Source of the DNA: Hyphochytrium catenoides
Lineage: Eukaryota > Protista > Hyphochytriomycota
DNA length: 64,000 nucleotides
Assembly: GCA_900088475.1 (NCBI GenBank)
Contig: FLMG01003832.1
Coordinates: 1 to 64,000 of the forward strand
Reading direction: 5' to 3'
In this document: positions 11,177 through 23,139 of the stretch, in pieces
How positions within the stretch are numbered: position 1 is the first letter of the stretch
Layout of the letters: each line of letters opens with the position of its first letter
The notes under the pieces: generated by a model
What the model was told of the DNA's origin: nothing
Database searches by the model: none
What the model saw: only the letters and a program-made list of their open reading frames with translations
Position numbers and translations under genes: made by a program

Positions 11177-13903
11177 ACCGGACATCAACAACGTAAAGCC
11201 AGGTCATCTTCCCATCCATATTACTACTTCCCAACCAGGCTCTGTCATATATTAGACCACCTCTATAAGGGGTTTATTATTTCTTTCGTTTGTATCAATG
11301 ATTGGCCAGATGGATACCTCTGAGACATCTTTAAACCAATCAAAGCCGTGTTACAGGGTTATCGACCAATCAGAATGAGCTTATCATTGTGGAGGTATAA
11401 TCAATGGTTTGAGAGGGCTGACAAGGGCCTCAGCTGCCAGGCCATCATCCATAGACCAAGTTACTTTCGGCCGTGCACGGTTTTAGCAACTGCCCATTCA
11501 AATTAGTTATTACTTAGATTATCAATAAAACACTTCTCTGATAACTACTGAGGTTTCAGCCGTATACCGTCGTCCAGAAAAATCTCTCTTCAGTTCTTCT
11601 CTTCCTTCTTCTTTTTCTTCATTTTTCTGCTCTGATGACTTGTTTCTTAGTGTTCTTCCTTCCTCTTCTGCCTGCTGAATTTTTTTTCGTTTCTTTCTTC
11701 CTTTTTCCTTCTTCTTCCGCACATGTTTCCAATTCTATGTTTTGTTACTGTCCTTCTCTTGTTCGTTCTTCTTTCTTTTTTTCCACTCTTTTTACATGGT
11801 CTTCTATTCGTCCTACACTATTTCTCTTTTTTTCCCACAAATCACAGGTTAGCAACGGGAGGACGTCTCTTGATATTTTCACTGCTTTCTACAACGTATA
11901 AGCAGGACGAAAGGAGGAGAAGAAGAAACAACGAGGAAAAGGTCAGACAGAGCAAGAGAATGATAAAGGTAGAGGAAGGGGCTATCTTTGGGGTAGATAA
12001 AAGCAAAGCATATCTGTCAATAGTTCTTAAGGCCATTCTACTACCGTGAGACGAAGAAGAAGAGGAAAAGAAGTAAAGGAAGGAGGAGGTGGAGAGGAGA
12101 AAGAGGAGAGAGGACGAGACGAAAGAGAAGAGGGAAGAATATTAGTAGGAGGAAAGAAGAGGAGATGAAAAATAGGGAACAATACTCTTAATTATTTCCG
12201 CTACCGCCAGTCGTACGGTGAGGACAAAGTGAGAAAATCAGCAAAAAGAGAAGAAAGCAAGAAGATGATCAAAAGAGAAAGAAGAAAGAGAAGAAGAAGC
12301 AAAACAATGGATGGAAAAAGATAGAAATGCCAGAAAATTCCTTTTCTTTCGGTGGGAGGCAAACATGTCAAACAGGCGAAGCAGCTTCTACCTTTTTAGC
12401 TAAATCCTCCCGTCCTCCTCCGCCTTCAGGGAATCTTCCCTCTCTCTCTCTTTATAGTTAAAGAATGGCAGACACGAATTTGTTCGTGAAAAGCTGGCCA
12501 GTTGGTTTCCTTGTTTGGCCCCTCAATTGCTGCTTCTTGTCCTTCTCCTCTGCTGAGCCTTCCGAGTCTTCTTATAAGAAGATTCTCGTCCCCTTTCTCT
12601 TCCTCAATAGGGCCAACTTTGACAGAGGAGAGAATGAAGGGGCAACATTCGATCTGACCTGAAACCTTTTGCGTATAGTAAATAAAGGTGAGAAATGGAA
12701 GAAGAAGACTTTACTTGTCTCCTTCTTCCCCTTTCTATCGGTCATGGGATTGCGCTTTCTCAGCGTCCCGGTAGTGCCGTTCCGACCCGCTCCAGAGGGT
12801 GCCTCCCAGACCAGCGGAGAATTAAAGCTCTATCCCGCTACTTCTTAACCTTACACTCCATGATGAGCCAAGATGAGCGAAGGAGAAGAAGAAGGAGCAG
12901 AAGAAGAAGGAGCAGAAGAAGAAGCAGAAGAAGAAAGGAAGCAGAAGAAGAAAGGAAGCAGAAGAAGAGGAAAGAGAAGAGAGGCAACAAAGAAGAGCTA
13001 CGGCATTCGTAGCTTCTCTCTCTCCTCCTCCCTCTACCATTATAAACAAAACGGAAGACTTCTATCAAAGAACTGCTCAAAACAGAAAGAGAAGAAGAAC
13101 ATGCGAAAGAAGAAGAGAAAGAAGATTTGGTTCATTTTATAAAAGAAGAGCATAGACAGTAAGAGGAGACAATGTATTAAAAAGCTTAAACCACAGCCAC
13201 TTCTATGAAGATTGCTGTCCTTATAATGAAGTAATAATTTCTAGTCTATGAAGAGAAAGAGCCAACAAGAAACTGCTAATAGTAGAGAGCCAAAGGAGCG
13301 ATTTCTGAAAGGGTGAACTATTATTCAACAGCCTGCCTTGACTTAGTGAAGATGGAAAACATGGCAGATGTCCCGCTGATGAAGAAAGGGAAAGAGTACA
13401 AAGCAGTAAAGTTACTCTCAGCAGTTTGAGACAACGAGGAAGACACTATCATCCTTGGCCCACAATGGGGGAGGAGAGAAATTGGCCTTCTTTTTCCAGC
13501 AAGCGAAGGTGGAGAAGAAGTAGAAGCAGACAATGCTGAGAGGCGGAGGTTTCTTCTTTCGCCGTGTTTCTTCTTGAAGCACCTGCTGCACTTCTCCATG
13601 GACTGCAGAAGCTCCGTCATCAGTCTCCGTAAATGCACCAATATTCTCTTTTTTTTTTTATATAAATAACTACGAGGAAGAAGTATAACTAACCCTAACC
13701 CTAAGCAGAAGAAGAAGGAGGAGGAAGAGGAGCGGGAGAGAGGGAGAACAAGTAACTTTCTTTTTCTAATAAGAAATGACATTACAATCTTTATATTGCT
13801 CAAAGCTAATCATTAAACTCTAAACAGACCCATAAAAAGGAATATGAATCCGCGCTCCTTTTTCCCTGACTTTTTATATAATAACCATTATCCATAAAAA
13901 AAA

Positions 13904-15403
13904 TTATAAGAAGGCGCCCGAGACAGCGCCGGCCAAGGGAACCAGATTCCCGGCCGAGCTCTTTAACCAGCACGTGCCCCCATTATAGGACGTCCACGTA
14001 AAGGCCTTGCACCCAGTCACCGCCTTACACAGCTCACAGCAGCCGGAGGCCTGGCCCGCCGGCCGATTCGTGATGTCCGCGCCAAAATAATCGGCCCCGG
14101 CCACTAGATTCGGACAGACCGAAGATACCACCGTAGCGGAGCGGCAGGACGGACACGCGGCGCCGCTCTCCACCGCGCGGCTCTTCAACCAGCAGGTGCC
14201 GCCGTTATAGTCGCTCCAGGTGAAGGCCTGACATCCAGCCTGGGCCTTGCAATCTCCGCAGCAATCTTCAGCTCTTGTCCGCCTCGTGGAGGCAATGTCA
14301 TTGCCAAAGAAATCTACATTTCGCAGCGTGGAGCATTGGCCAGAAGGTGGTGGTGGTGGTGGTGGTGGAGTGGGAGATACCGTTGGCGCTGGGGTCGGCG
14401 CGGGCGTAGGTGGAGGAGGAGAAGCTCCAAAAGTGCTAGAAACTGCACCTGGGACCGTGCGTCTTCCTGTCATTGCGGTCTTCAACCAGCAGGTGCCGCC
14501 GTTATAATTGGTCCAGGTGTAGCCCTTGCATCCTGAGCTCATGGCACAGTCGGCGCAACAAGCAGAGGCCTGAGACTGCTGCGTCGAGCGAAGATCATTG
14601 CCGAAATAATCAATGCCAATCTCTGCCGTGGAGCACTGTCCCGGATTTCTGCCAAAGAATCTATCGACAATTGCCTTCCATTCTGTCTGAGAATAATAGA
14701 GCTTGGAGTCTCCCAGACACGCGCCAACGGTGCCCATTTGCTTACCGCGGCTCCGGATAAGCGGGATAAAGTCATTGGCAGCTTCTACGGAGGAGAGATA
14801 TGTATCATGTTGGAGAAAAATGCTATTTCCTGGGTCTCCAAGAGCTTTTGCATAGACATCGACGACGTGTTGCCGATTTCCCAGATTCTCAGGTCTCCAG
14901 TCATTGGTATCTGCAGCGTCAGAGCTCCAGTGGATCACTCTGAGGCCCAGACTCTCAAGAGTGGCAATAGTTGCATCGCCGCAAGAGCCATACGGGCAGC
15001 GGAAGAAGCGCGGGCGCTTGTTCTCTCCCAAAATGGAGACAATCTTATCAGAGTTCCGGATGATTTCATCGGCAATCTGATCTCTAGAAAGCGTCTCCAG
15101 ATCTGCGTGAGAGTAGGTATGCATGGCAATGTGATGCCCGTCTGCGTCCATTTGTCTGAGAGTCTGAGCTGCAGATGCAGATTCCAGCATATTCCCGACG
15201 GTGAAGAATGTTAACTTAGCGTTTTGATTCTTGAGAATTGTCAGAAGCGTTGGCACGAATTCTGAAGGTCCGTCATCGTACGTTGGGGCGATGAAATTAC
15301 TGAGGGAACAGTGGTCAATTCTGGCGCCATCGGCGGAGGAGAGGAAAGAGAAAGAAGAGAAAGAGAGAGAGAGAACGGCTGCGGCAGTGCTGGGGAACTT
15401 CAT
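13904..15403 (-). CDS. Secreted polysaccharide (chitin-type) deacetylase, CE4/NodB domain plus three PAN/Apple (PAN_4) domains, 499 aa, intronless
   Basis: N-terminal signal-like segment, then CE4 motifs TYDDGP, HTYSH, RCPYG, DTNDW and LQHD. Three repeats of D(Y/F)FG(N/A)D...CCxxC...C..(Y/F)TW..YNGGTCWLK follow, with a Pro/Thr linker between PAN1 and PAN2. Confidence 0.95.
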   Translation of the reverse strand: MKFPSTAAAVLSLSFSSFSFLSSADGARIDHCSLSNFIAPTYDDGPSEFVPTLLTILKNQNAKLTFFTVGNMLESASAAQTLRQMDADGHHIAMHTYSHADLETLSRDQIADEIIRNSDKIVSILGENKRPRFFRCPYGSCGDATIATLESLGLRVIHWSSDAADTNDWRPENLGNRQHVVDVYAKALGDPGNSIFLQHDTYLSSVEAANDFIPLIRSRGKQMGTVGACLGDSKLYYSQTEWKAIVDRFFGRNPGQCSTAEIGIDYFGNDLRSTQQSQASACCADCAMSSGCKGYTWTNYNGGTCWLKTAMTGRRTVPGAVSSTFGASPPPPTPAPTPAPTVSPTPPPPPPPPSGQCSTLRNVDFFGNDIASTRRTRAEDCCGDCKAQAGCQAFTWSDYNGGTCWLKSRAVESGAACPSCRSATVVSSVCPNLVAGADYFGADITNRPAGQASGCCELCKAVTGCKAFTWTSYNGGTCWLKSSAGNLVPLAGAVSGAFL

Positions 15404-15466
15404 TGTCCTTTTCTTTGGGAGGAAAGAGAGAGAGAGAGAGAGAGGGAGTGTTGGCTAGGGGTTTTC

Positions 15467-15474
15467 CTTTTATA
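15467..15474 (-). promoter_or_regulatory. Putative TATA box of the deacetylase gene
   Basis: TATAAAAG on the minus strand, ~63 bp upstream of the ATG at 15403, within an otherwise CT-repeat background. Confidence 0.4.
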
Positions 15475-16185
15475 AAAAAAGTAGAGAGAGAGAGAAAATC
15501 TTCTCTTCTGGGATAGCGGGAAATGTTTGGAATGAGTGTTGAAGAGAGTGGGTGAGCGAGAGAGGAAAGGGGACCACGAGAGCTGAAAGTGAGACCAAAC
15601 CACTTCTTGAAGGGAAAGAAGAGGGAGTGGAGGAAGGAGAGAGAGAGACAGAGAGAAAGAGAGAGAGAGAGAGAGCCAGTTGCTAGATCTGTAGGTACCT
15701 GGCCCCATCTGTGTACCTACACTAGCTGGAGAGATCAAGGGGCCACAGAAAGAGATGAGAGACAGAGAGAGAGAACGAGAGAGAGAACGAGAGAGAGAGA
15801 GAACGAGAGAGTGAGAGAGAGAGAGGAGAAAGAGGAAGGAGAACGATATCAAGGCACAGGCCATCAATATTAGCGATTAGTAGACAATATAGGGCCTTAG
15901 TGAGAGAAAGAGAAACCTGGCTAAGACGGGATAGAAAACGTATGGGAGAGAGATAGACAGAAAGGGAACAAGAGGAAGAGAGAAAGAGAGAGAGAGAGAG
16001 AGCAAAAAAGCGACTAGGGGAAGAACGAAGAAGAATCATCCAAGACTGTTTACTTATGATGTGGTCGCCATTTCTCTGCTCCGGCCCTCGGATATTTTGC
16101 TTCAACACTGTTCTGATGAGTCTGATGTGCATCCCAAGAGAGAGAAGAGACATAACCAATATGATGAACCACCATAATGTCTCTT

Positions 16186-16218
<33 letters not shown>

Positions 16219-18299
16219 CATTGAGCGGGTACAGAGAGGAGAGAGAGAGAAAGAGAGAGAGAAAGTGGAAGACCGGAGAGGAAAAAGTGAGAGATACAAA
16301 ACCTCGTTTGGACGGCTGACGCACCCGAGTATCTGATAAAGAACACAGAGACAAAGGGAGAGAGACCAAGCGAATGAGAGTGAGAGAGTGAGAGAAAGAG
16401 GGAGAGAGAGAGACAGTGAGAGAGAGAGAGAGAGAGAAACATTGTTATCCGACCACGACATCTAGGAAAAAATGTTGGAGAGCCAGACCCCGCCTGGTCT
16501 TTTTGTTTCTTTTCCTTTGTGATTTTCTTAGGAACAGCTGCCTACTCTCTCTCCTTTCCTTCCATTCGGATCCGTTCTCGTTCTCTCTCTCTTGTTCTGT
16601 CTCTCTCTCTCTTCCCCTTTTTATCGGTTTTCCCCTCTCTCTTTCACTCTGTCTCCCTCTCTAGTGACGCTTTCTCAGACCTCCAGGTCTCTCTCTCTTT
16701 TTGGGCCACGCACCCCACTGATCTCAATAAATCTAGTCTCATCTCTTTATTAGTGTTTTGCCTATGCTTCGAGCACTCTGTCTCGGCGGCCTGGCCCCTT
16801 CCTCTCTTGTCGTCCCTCTTTTACCAAAGGGGAGTTTCAACAATATATCTCTTCCCTTGTGTCACTTTTGAATCAGTAGCTTGAACTCACTCTGTCTAAG
16901 GATTGAGCAGACCCCATACATTTTCTTACATCATATCTCCTTTGCTTTGACCTCTTATAATGACAGATTTATCTCACTCTACCTCGCAGTCTCTCTGTCT
17001 TGCAGTGTCGTAGGACTTTTGGTTAATATTTGGCTATGTTTTGCAGTATAAAAGGCAATCCCAATCTTTGTGACAAAGTTAAGCTAAGAAAGAGCGAAAT
17101 GTTATCGGACGCAAGAGAGTTAATATCGGTTCTGAGTCAATGAACACAATTGTTTACTAGAAGCATTTCTAAATTCGCCTATCTTTTGGTTCAGCTTCGT
17201 ATTACGAATCGTGTTTTGGGGCCAAAAGTTCTGTGCTTGCAACTGACCCCTTCTGGACACAGACTGGTCAGAATTAGTTTCAATAGAAGCCAAAAATATA
17301 TTTCCACCTTCCTTTTCCAGCTTCGGTTGGTCGATCCTACGCAAAGAAACTTTCAAGCTAATTTTGAACGCTGAATTCTATCAACCATTTATTTTATAAT
17401 AAATTACAACGATGATTCTTTTTTGGCTGGGCAAGGGTTTTGGCAATCAGCAATCAGGAGCAGGGGATGTGCAAATTGAGCTGAGCTGAATAAACAAACA
17501 AAACGTGGAGCAGTGTTCTAATAACCATCATCATAAAATAGACCTTCTACATTTGTAAAACCCTCTTTTACTAATAAAACTTATCTAATTTCGGACAGTT
17601 CAGTAGCCGGACCCTACAGGCTGATCTGGTCTAGAGTTTGTACTTTCCTTCTATCTGTGATAGTTTTGTCAATACTTTCTAAAAATTAATCAAGCTGAAA
17701 ACCTTGCATAGACCCCTAATTTGGTATGCTCTATCGATTATTCACGAAGGCACTTCGTTCTGTTTTGGCTTCCTTCCAGGTGATCTCGAAAGTTTCATTT
17801 TTTGAATCTTTCAAAGCTTTCATCCTGAGAGGTTGGAATTATGAACTTTGACAAAGTGCCCTCGTCAATCGCTTTTCCCCAAGGAGATTTGCCACTACTG
17901 TATGCCGAGTTCCATTTCGTTAGCTGCATTTTTGGGAAAGATAGAGGTGATAAGGTCTGAATATTTCACGTCTCTCTTATTACTGTACTGTAGAGTGTTT
18001 CTCTCTAGGCATTTTGAATTGGAACAGCAAATAGCAAAATATTACGAATCAGTCGAAACCTCACTTGATTGTAAATGGGGACAAGCTACATCCAAGATAT
18101 TAGAGAGTTGTTCTTATGGTCTGTGTACTGTATTGGAGCGTTCGACATCACACAGGGGCCGTGCTGTGGACGGAATATACAGCTTTTACACCAGATCAGC
18201 CTGTACTTACTTCTATTACCTATACTTTTCGTCTGGATCTGTCTCCCTCATAAAAAGCTCAAAAGATCATCAAAGAGCAGCAAGAGAGTAGAGCACGAG

Positions 18300-18954
18300 A
18301 GAGAGCAGAAGAGGAGGAGGGTGGAGAGAGAGACAGAAAGAGAGAGGAGGGGCAGGGGGGAGGGGAAGAGAGAGAGAGAGAAGGAAGAGAGAAAGGAGAG
18401 AGAGAGAAAGAAAGAGAGGAAGGAGAAGAAAGAGAAGAAGAGGAACAAGGAGAAAAAAGCGAAGAAGAAGAAGAAAAAGGAGAGGAGGATGAAAAAGAAG
18501 AAGAAAGAGAAGAATAAAAAGGAGAAGAAGGAGAAGAAGAAGAAGGAGAAGGAGAAGAAGGAGGAGGAGGAAAAGAAGAAGGAGAAGAAGAAGAAAAAGA
18601 GGAAGGAGAAGAAGGAGGAGAAGGAGGAGAAGAAGAAGAAGGAGGAGGAGAAAAAGAAGAAGGAAATGAAGGAGAAGAAGAAGAAAAGAAGAAGAAGGAG
18701 AAGAAGGAGAAAAAAAAAGAATGTAATGAAGGAGGAGGAGGAAAGAAATAGAAGGAGAAGAAGAAGAAAAAGAAGAAAAGGAATGAGACGAGAAGGAGAA
18801 GAGAAAAGAAAGAAGAAGGAGAAGGAGGAGGACAAGAAGATGAAGAAGAAGAAGAAGAAGAAGAAAAAGCAAAAAAAAGAAAAAGAAGGAGAAGAGCTAG
18901 AAGAGACAAGCTACACGGTTCTGGACTCTTCGACACGCTCTTTTCTTGCATCAT
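18300..18954 (+). repeat. Long compound (GAA/GAG) tract followed by family A motif (copy 2, 18903-18954)
   Basis: A ~600-bp purine tract is followed by GAGACAAGCTACACGGTTCTGGACTCTTCGACACGCTCT. Confidence 0.7.
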
Positions 18955-19571
18955 AAGAGACTGAGGTGGAGAGAGAGAGAGAGAGAGAGAGAGAGNNNNN
19001 NNNNNNNNNNNNNNNNNNNNNNNNNNNNNNNNNNNNNNNNNNAGAAGATGCTCTGTCTGTTACCTTGGCCGGCCAGGCCTCAGTTCAGATTCTGCACCAG
19101 GCAGAGGAAGACTTCGCGGGAACATGCGCAGGTAACAAGGTGTCTTCTCCTTCAAGAAAGAAAGAAGTTCATTAACTGCCATTGAGAGATGAGGAAAGAG
19201 TCTTCTCTTTGAAGAAGAGAGAGTCAGTCTACCTGCTGGAGAAATGCAAAGAGAGAAACAGTGACCACCTGGCACGAGAAGAGGTGGAATCAACAAGCAA
19301 TCCTAGGAAGAAGAACATGCAAAGAAGAAGAAGAAGAGAGCAGAAAGGAGAGAAAAAAAGAAAGACAGCCTCCGTCTTCATCGGAGCCATTCTTCGTTAA
19401 CTCTTCGAGGTCAGGACAACTCGCCGTCCTGAGAAATACTCTCCAGAGAGACCAGAGGCCCGCATCATCCCAGACACCGGCCCAATCCTCATCCTGCGAC
19501 GAACCAGATAATCGGTCTCAGGGCGTGCACATCTAACACAAGGACGAGTGGCCAAGGCCGCGCATGCTTGA

Positions 19572-19742
19572 CAGCAGCAGCAGCAGCAGCAGTAGCAGTA
19601 GCAGTAGCAGCAGTAGCAGCAGCAGCAGCAGGAGCAGCAGCAGCAGTAGCAGCAGCNNNNNNNNNNNNNNNNNNNNNNNNNNNNNNNNNNNNNNNNNNNN
19701 NNNNNNNNNNNNNNNNNNNNNNNNNNNNNNNCAGCAGCAGCA

Positions 19743-19794
<52 letters not shown>

Positions 19795-19798
19795 CAGC
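19572..19798. repeat. (CAG)n trinucleotide microsatellite spanning an assembly gap
   Basis: CAG/TAG repeats on both sides of the N-run at 19657-19731. Confidence 0.9.
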
Positions 19799-19821
19799 GA
19801 AAGCAGGTGGAATAAGGAATA

Positions 19822-21417
19822 TTAGTCTCCTTGGCGCGGTAGTAGGACGAGGCTGGACCTCCTGCCTCCGTCACCGTCAGATTTGCCTCCTTCTTTCTTG
19901 AGTGCTTGCGCGAAATCCTGCGTAGCCTTTAGACGGTCTCCTATCGCTCTGATATGCTCTATCTGTGGCTCTATCGCTGGAGCCATTCTGCTGAGTGGAT
20001 TGTCCTCAACGGCGTTGACGAGAGCAAGAAAATGAGTGATTTCCTCTTCTTTGGCGGCTTGTATCTGCTTCACTTTCTGCTCAAAGGACTCTATCTCTGT
20101 AGGAGTGGGACGTTCTTCTCGTTGGTTTGAGGTGTCCCTGTGCAGCAGGGCCGTTCCCTCGTTGGCCACCGCCGCCAAAGGACGGTACAGATGATTGAAC
20201 ATCTTGACCATTCGAAGAGCTTGTAGCTCTGGCTCGCCCACTTTGCTTCGTGCTTCCTCCGCTGCCGCACGGCGCCCTCATCAGGAGATTGGATTCTTTC
20301 TCACCTACCGCCTCTGCTGTCAAGCGGGACAGGTCTCCAACATTATCTCTTTGTGGGTCTGTCTCGACTGCCGCTCGCTCGTTGTTGGTCCCGTGCCTTG
20401 CTTCTGGTAAGCGCTCTCCAGTATCTCTTTGCACTTCTGTCTCGACTGGCGCTCGCTCGTTGTTGGTCCCGTCCCTTGCTTCTGGTAAGCGCTCTTCAGT
20501 ATCTCTTTGTGGGTCTGTCTCGACTGGCGCTTGCCCGTTGTTGGTCCCGTCCCTTGCTTCTGGTGGCCGCTCTCCGGTATCTCTTTGCAGTTCTGTCTCG
20601 ACTGGCGCTTGCCTGTTGTTGGTCCCGTCCCGTGCTTCTGATAGCCGCTCTTCAGTATCTCTTTGCACTTCTGTCTCACTGCCGCTTGCCCGTTGTTGGT
20701 CCCGTCCCTTGCTTCTGGTAAGCGCTCTCCAGTATCTCTTTGCAGTTCTGTCTCGACTGCCGCTTGCCCGTTGTTGACCCCGTCCCTTGCTTCTGATGAC
20801 CGCTCTTCAGTATCTCTTTGCAGTTCTGTCTCGACTGCCACTTGCTCGTTGTTGGTCCCGTCCCTTGCTTCTGGTAAGCGCTCTTCAGTATCTCTTTGCA
20901 GTTCTGTCTCGACTGGCGCTCGCTCGTTGTTGGTCCCGTCCCTTGCTTCTGGTAAGCGCTCTTCAGTATCTCTTTGCACTTCTGTCTCACTGCCGCTTGC
21001 CCGTTGTTGGTCCCGTCCCTTGCTTCTGATAGCCGCTCTTCAGTATCTCTTTGCAGTTCTGTCTCGACTGCCGCTTGCCCGTTGTTGACCCCGTCCCTTG
21101 CTTCTGGTAAGCGCTCTTCAGTATCTCTTTGCAGTTCTGTCTCGACTGGCGCTCGCTCGTTGTTGGTCCCGTCCCCTTGCTTCTGATGACTCTCCTGGCT
21201 TGTTTGGCCTTACACGGCCTCGTCGCAGACCCTGGCACCATCTCTTCATCAAGGTTTCACACCCAGATAGCGGTCCCTTCCCACGGCCTTGAACGTTACT
21301 TCGGACAGCTGCTGCTCTAGAAGACGAACGAAGACCAAGCGCAGGAACGACGAGAAGAGAAGAGAAAGAGATCATAAGAGCTGCACCGCGAAGCTCTACT
21401 AAGAGGTCCCATGTCAT
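19822..21417 (-). pseudogene. Frameshifted gene for a putative secreted protein with 26-aa acidic repeats and a helical C-terminal domain
   Basis: Hydrophobic N-terminus (LRGAALMISFSSLLVVPALG), then repeats ETELQRDTEERLPEARDGTNNERAPV, then a coiled/helical tail (EIESFEQKVKQIQAAKEEEITHFLALVNAVE). The frame is broken by 1-bp indels at ~21173, ~20989 and ~20678 and by a shift near 20250. Some of these could be sequencing errors. Confidence 0.55.
20341..21195. repeat. 78-bp minisatellite, 11 units
   Basis: Unit starts at 20341, 20419, 20497, 20575, 20653, 20730, 20808, 20886, 20964, 21041 and 21119. Two units are 77 bp. Confidence 0.95.
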
Positions 21418-21501
21418 CTTCTACATCATTAATAAGCTTATTATCTATCCTTAGTACTGAGATCCTCTAAGTCTTTATAGGTCTTCCCAGAGGGAGGGAG
21501 G

Positions 21502-21532
<31 letters not shown>

Positions 21533-21585
21533 AGAGAGAGNNNNNNNNNNNNNNNNNNNNNNNNNNNNNNNNNNNNNNNNNNNNN

Positions 21586-21616
<31 letters not shown>

Positions 21617-21889
21617 AGAGGATGAGAAGATAGGAAAGCACCCTCAGAGATCCTATCTTCTTTCATCCTCCACCTCAGTCAGAAAGCCCCGTTCCTCTTA
21701 TCGAGACCACGAGCTTAGAGCCACAACTCCTACCACTTGCTACCCTTTCCTGTCGGGCGGCCAAGGGCATAGATTGGCCTTTGATGCTACGACTCAGAAG
21801 AAGAAGAAGAGAGAGAGAAGAAGAAGAAGTAAATAAATGGAGGGAGGAGAAGAAGGAGAAGAAGAAGAGAGAGAAGAAGAGGAAGAAGA

Positions 21890-22715
21890 CGAGACAAGAA
21901 AACGCTCTTTTATAACGCCTTGGTCGTCTCGTCCTCCTCCGCTCGATCTGCTCCACGCTTTTCATCAATGAAAGGAAGAGTCAGAGCTGATCACCTCAGT
22001 GATAATAATAAGAGGGAGAGAAGAAGGAAGAGGCGGCAAGCCAGAGAAGAAAGAAAGGTGCCAGCAGCTGCTCAAGAAGAGGAACACGCTTCAAAATCTG
22101 AAAGCGCATCTTTTTCCCATGAACCGCCATAGAGATTCTACCACTGTTTTTACAAAGAAGACAGGAAAAACTGTACGATGACCAAGAAGAAGAGGAACAA
22201 GAGCGACAACTCGTCGTAGGCCAGAAAGAGAAAGAGAAAATAGAGGAGGGAAGAAAGCAGCGTGGCCGCCGAGAGATGATGATCAACAAGAAGCCGGAGC
22301 TGCGGGAAGAACTAGTAGACTACTGCTCCGTATAAAGAGGAATCATAGCACCTACAACGACTAACAAAGGAAGAAGTAAACAAGAGAAAAAGCAAGAAGA
22401 AGCAGCAGCAGCAGGAGGAGAAGAAGAAGATGATGATGAAAGAGGAAAGAGAGAACGAAGAAGAAGAGGAGACAAGAAAAGCGCTAACAACGCCTTCGTC
22501 TTCCTCGTCGATCTCCTCAGCGATAAGAATAAGGGAAGAGAAGAAGAAGGAAGAGAAGATGAACCATCAGCCACAATGCCATCACCATCCAAGCTCGACC
22601 GCCGCAGCAGCAAGAAAACAAGCAAGAGAACGGTTCCAGCAGCTGCGCAAGAGGAGAACTCTTCAAATCTCTCTGAAGCGCATGTTCTTCATGATGAATC
22701 CCATAGAAAACTCTC
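21890..22715 (+). repeat. Diverged tandem duplication (~570-bp period) with family A-like and family B motifs
   Basis: Blocks ...AACGCCTT...TCGATCT(G/C)CTC (21915 vs 22488) and CCAGCAGCTGC(T/G)CAAGA...AAATCT...AAGCGCAT...CCATAGA (22060 vs 22635) each recur. Confidence 0.65.
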
Positions 22716-23139
22716 GTGTGAAGGCGTAAAGCCTTGGCCAAGCAAGACCAACCAATTGACCAAGATGCCGAGAAGCATCATCGTCAAGAAGAGCAGCGCG
22801 GTCACACTGAAGCTTCAACAAGAAGATGATGTCTCACACAAGCAACAACGAACGCCCGGCATGGCTTCCTTCTCTCCAAACGACTCACAAACGAGCGCGA
22901 CAAACTGCAGCGCTACAGCCTTATAAAGAGCCTTTCTCTTTGCTTCTCTCGCGACGGTTGAGCTTGTTGTTGGTGAGGACATGGCTGCTGCTGCCGTCCT
23001 CCTTCTTCTTCTCCGCTTATCATTTACTGAGGAAATCAACTATGACTCTTCTTTTTTTTTACACTGATGAGAAGCATGGAGCAGATTGAGCTGACGAGGA
23101 AGAGCCCAAGGCTTTTATAGGCTTTTCTTTTCTCATCTT

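Noticed and set aside
11230-11435. Possible small MITE (GGCTCTGTCA...TGACAAGGGCC, internal CCAATC motifs)
   Set aside because: The terminal match is short and imperfect, with no TSD and no second copy.
13689-13703. Telomere-like CTAACCCTAACCCTA
   Set aside because: Only about two units, too short to call an interstitial telomere.
16040-16185. Possible isolated exon (ETLWWFIILVMSLLSLGMHIRLIR...)
   Set aside because: I could not link it to neighbouring exons or a start codon, and no motif is recognisable.
18075-18956. 293-aa Lys/Glu-rich ORF
   Set aside because: It is a translation of a compound GAA microsatellite belonging to repeat family A.
20341-21195. CRISPR-like array
   Set aside because: The units are contiguous 78-bp repeats without unique spacers, the context is eukaryotic, and there are no cas genes. 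The same applies to 47676-47945 and 54518-54930.
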